DNA of 64,000 nucleotides. It comes from Terriglobia bacterium (GTDB lineage: Bacteria; Acidobacteriota; Terriglobia; 20CM-2-55-15). A program made the position numbers and the translations under genes. Below, one piece after another: positions 61,219 to 64,000 of the stretch (the first letter of the stretch is position 1; each line of letters opens with the position of its first letter). A model generated the notes under the pieces. That model worked only from the letters and a program-made list of their open reading frames with translations, was not told the origin of the DNA and made no database searches. The stretch covers positions 1,165,792 to 1,229,791 of the forward strand of contig CBDAOY010000008.1 in NCBI GenBank assembly GCA_965198225.1. Reading direction: 5' to 3'.

Positions 61219-61299
61219 TTTCCGATCTTCAAATATGCTCTTGCTGCATCAGGAGGCTGCTGTCGCAAGCTCCCACGAGATGAACGCGGCCTTCACACC

Positions 61300-61950
61300 A
61301 TGAATGTTTCTTGCTTGGGCAGCATGGGTACAGCCCTGAATTACTTCTGTAGCGGAGCCCACAATGGCCGCAGATCAACGACTGGACAAGCAATTCTCGC
61401 TGTGCTCGTCGTAGTCGCAATCGCACCTCCGGCCTTCGGACAGGCGGCCGGAGATCCGCCGGTCGGCCGAGTATTTGCCGGGTACTCCTTCGCGAGCCAG
61501 GGCCCGGTGACGCTCCACGGCTGGCACGCATCCGTTTTCTCGCAGGTCCGCGAGCGAGTGGGCATATTGATGGACTTTTCGGGGCACTACGTTTCTTCCG
61601 ACTCCTCCGTCCTGGACCTGCTGGACGAAGTGGATTTCGACGTGCCGGACAATGCAGATTTCGGGTTCTACACCTACCGGTTCGGGCCTCAAATAAAGAT
61701 TTTCGAGGGGAGCGCCGTGACGACGTTCGCCCAGATTCTAGTCGGCGGGAATTACGTCCAGGCGCTTGGCGTGGATGAGTCCGCCGGCGTTCACGGGTTC
61801 GCGCTCGCCGCGGGCGGTGGCGCGGACTGGAACATCAGCGAGAGCCTCGCGTTTCGTATCCCGCAATTTGACTACAGCCTCGTGCGGGTCGCGGGCGGAA
61901 CCCTGGGTGGTTTCCGGGTGTCGACCGGCCTGGTGTTTCGATTTCGGTGA
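61300..61950 (+). CDS. outer-membrane beta-barrel protein (OmpA-like barrel/porin family)
   Basis: Signal-like AILAVLVVVAIAPPAFGQ, alternating beta-strand pattern, C-terminal ...STGLVFRF. Start uncertain (61300 or 61324). Confidence 0.65.
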   Translation: MNVSCLGSMGTALNYFCSGAHNGRRSTTGQAILAVLVVVAIAPPAFGQAAGDPPVGRVFAGYSFASQGPVTLHGWHASVFSQVRERVGILMDFSGHYVSSDSSVLDLLDEVDFDVPDNADFGFYTYRFGPQIKIFEGSAVTTFAQILVGGNYVQALGVDESAGVHGFALAAGGGADWNISESLAFRIPQFDYSLVRVAGGTLGGFRVSTGLVFRFR

Positions 61951-61960
61951 GAGAAGCGTC

Positions 61961-62956
61961 GTGAACCAGCTCTCGGTGCAGCCAAGGAGACCGGGCATCG
62001 TCCTGGCCATGCTCCTGCCGCTTGCCGGCGCCTTCCACGGCCAGGGACCCGATCCCGACTCGGGAGAAGCGAAGGCCATCACCTACCTCAGCCGGGAGGT
62101 TCCCGCCTGGTTCAGGGAGGCCAACTGCTTTTCCTGCCACAACAACGGAGACGCGGCTCGCGCCCTCTTCCTGGCCCGTACTCTCTCATACACCGTCCCC
62201 GATGCGGCGCTCGTCGATACCCTCGGTTGGCTGGTCGATCCGGCCGAGTGGGAAAACAGTCCCGGAGACCCCATCTTCAGCGACAAGAAGCTGGCCCGCA
62301 TCCAGTTCGCCGCGGCTCTCGCGGCAGCTGTCGATGCCGGAATCGTTCGAGACGATACTGCGCTCGAGGAAGCAGCGGAAACACTCCTCGAGGATCAGGA
62401 AGCCGACGGATCGTGGCATGTGGAAGGAGACGACGCCACCATCGGGTCCCCGGCGACATACGGGGCGGTCCTGGCGACCTACATGACGCGCAAGACGCTG
62501 GAGGCGGCCGACACCGAACGTTTCAGTGAGGCGATCGGCAGAGCCGACGAATGGCTACTCACCGCACCGCTGGGTCCGATCATGGACACCGCGGCATTGG
62601 TGCTGGGTCTGGGCGACAGGGCCGCGCTTGAGGCTCGCGCCAAGGTCGCTGAGGCGTTGACCAGGCTGTTGGACAGCCAGTCCAGCGACGGCGGATGGGG
62701 GCCCTACCCGATGACGCCGTCCGAGCCGTTCGACACCGCGCTGGTTCTCCTGGCTCTGGCTTCCCTGGACGAATCGTGGGATCCCCAACGCGTCGGCGAG
62801 GCCATCTCGGCCGGCCGGGGCTTTCTCCTCGACACGCAGTTCGCCGATGGAGGCTGGATCGAGACTACACGCCCGTCCGGATCCCAGAGTTACGCCGAAC
62901 ACATTTCCACGACCGGTTGGGCGACACTGGCGCTGCTGAGGACGCTTCCTGACTAA
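61961..62956 (+). CDS. prenyltransferase/squalene-oxidase-repeat protein with CxxCH motif
   Basis: GTG 61961 within ORF 61766..62956. Signal-like MLLPLAGAFHG, CFSCH, and QW-like repeats SQSSDGGWG and QFADGGWIE. Confidence 0.65.
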   Translation: MNQLSVQPRRPGIVLAMLLPLAGAFHGQGPDPDSGEAKAITYLSREVPAWFREANCFSCHNNGDAARALFLARTLSYTVPDAALVDTLGWLVDPAEWENSPGDPIFSDKKLARIQFAAALAAAVDAGIVRDDTALEEAAETLLEDQEADGSWHVEGDDATIGSPATYGAVLATYMTRKTLEAADTERFSEAIGRADEWLLTAPLGPIMDTAALVLGLGDRAALEARAKVAEALTRLLDSQSSDGGWGPYPMTPSEPFDTALVLLALASLDESWDPQRVGEAISAGRGFLLDTQFADGGWIETTRPSGSQSYAEHISTTGWATLALLRTLPD

Positions 62957-63033
62957 TAGTCAGGAAGCTGTAGGCCGTAGGCCGTTATCCGTTGCGAGTT
63001 TCGTCACATACGGCCTACGAATAACGGCCTACG
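62944..63033. repeat. 12-bp-stem palindrome over the stop codon, plus an inverted pair of GTAGGCC blocks
   Basis: GCTTCCTGACTA-A-TAGTCAGGAAGC (62944..62968). GTAGGCCGTAGGCCGTTATCCGTT (62970..62993) is opposed by ACGGCCTACGAATAACGGCCTACG (63010..63033). Confidence 0.8.
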
Positions 63034-63036
63034 TCT

Positions 63037-64000
63037 TCAAGGCTCAATCGTAAACGGTATAGACTCCGTCTCGGTCACACTAGCGTCATCCACCTCGAAC
63101 ACATCCACCTCGAACAGGCCGTTGAGCGCATTGCCGGCGAGATCCTCGAGTTCGGTTCCGACGACGAGTTCATAGGCTCCGGCCCGCCATGGGACATCTG
63201 GAAAGAACCTCCAACGCGTTTCGCCGGCGTCGATCTCGATTCGGCCCATCACGCTGTTGCCTCCGGCGTCGATGACCGCGATCAGTCGGTCGAGCAGCCC
63301 GCGGTCCATCGGTTCGGGAAACCGCACGGTGAAGGCGGCAAAGGTGTTCGACTCCGGAGGGGCCATCTTCCAGGTCTCGAGGTCGGGCGCGACGTCATCG
63401 AACGGACCGCCGGTGAAGGTTTTCCGGTGCTCCGTCATCAGCGGCAGACCTGTCGCATCCAGCCATTCCCGGTCGATGACCAGGCTGTAGGTCTTGCCCT
63501 TCTCGATCGCCCTTCCCGCTTCGATGTTGGGTACCAGGCCGGTCTTGATGCGACCCGGGTCGAACAGTATCGTGAACCGCGTGAAATCGCGGTTCCACAA
63601 CTCCTGTTCCAATTCGAGGAACGGCAGGGCGACTTCCTCTCCCGTTTCGACATCGAGCAGGTGAATCCTTTCGTAGGCTTCACCACGACTCATCGGTGCC
63701 GAAAACTGCAGGTAGAGTTTGAGCTGGTTCTCGGGTAGGACGCTGCTGGTCGGGTAGACGTGGTCGACGATCGTCGACGATTCCGTTTCCAAGCGAGGGA
63801 TCTCGAAGAATGCCACTACCCTGTCATCCCGCTCGGACAATCCCAGCACTCTCGGGCTGAACGAGGCGCGATATTTCAGCCCTGGGGATAGAGGGAAGCG
63901 CGGTCGAAACACGAGCGCGTCGTTTTCGACGGCGTACGAACCCAGGATCGGAGGCACACCCAATGCCGAGCCTTCCACGAAGACGGCAAGCAGCTCATGC
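63037..64000 (-). CDS. hypothetical exported/Ig-like protein, 5' end beyond window
   Basis: ORF 63037..63978, and the frame stays open to the window edge. No family recognised. Confidence 0.5.
   Translation of the reverse strand, partial: HELLAVFVEGSALGVPPILGSYAVENDALVFRPRFPLSPGLKYRASFSPRVLGLSERDDRVVAFFEIPRLETESSTIVDHVYPTSSVLPENQLKLYLQFSAPMSRGEAYERIHLLDVETGEEVALPFLELEQELWNRDFTRFTILFDPGRIKTGLVPNIEAGRAIEKGKTYSLVIDREWLDATGLPLMTEHRKTFTGGPFDDVAPDLETWKMAPPESNTFAAFTVRFPEPMDRGLLDRLIAVIDAGGNSVMGRIEIDAGETRWRFFPDVPWRAGAYELVVGTELEDLAGNALNGLFEVDVFEVDDASVTETESIPFTIEP

Noticed and set aside
61070-61245. Firm call of the chromosomal origin oriC
   Set aside because: No dnaA, dnaN, gidA or par genes are in the window, and I cannot compute skew here. 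Three boxes alone are insufficient. Reported as a DnaA-box cluster only.

Overview
GC-rich bacterial chromosomal segment. It is probably Acidobacteriota, inferred from two tandem ADOP-type duplicated FtsX permeases. I can support about 50 protein genes and saw no rRNA, tRNA or CRISPR array. Left to right: imuB tail plus dnaE2; feoAB with a Fur-box-like operator; proS; an acyl-CoA island (split methylmalonyl-CoA mutase, crotonase, two thiolase-like plus two DUF35 genes, HMG-CoA lyase, thioesterase, aminotransferase, family III CoA-transferase); an SSS symporter; an accessory patch at 24.2-29.4 kb (IS91 remnant, cyclase-Ser/Thr kinase fusion cut by an IS5-family element, 5'-truncated acetamidase, pentapeptide-TIR protein); a Tat-signal hydantoinase; a DUF5916 protein; a saccharopine-pathway pair; capA; a metalloprotease; a hydantoin-type catabolic cluster (DUF2848, FAD oxidase, TPP enzyme, carbamoylase, hyuAB); cytochrome c; the two ADOP permeases; and an IS256-family element next to a DnaA-box cluster. 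Four genes carry single-nucleotide frameshifts and one carries an in-frame stop. Almost every intergenic spacer holds hairpin-forming tandem heptamer or octamer repeats of several families. The most unusual signal is a family of three ~275-bp elements (13698, 18507, 36181). They share a related core, but their long closing stems differ in sequence and still pair. A 23-nt empty version of one closing stem sits at 44091. No recombinase or reverse transcriptase accompanies them in this window. All family assignments come from reading the translations by eye; no searches were run.
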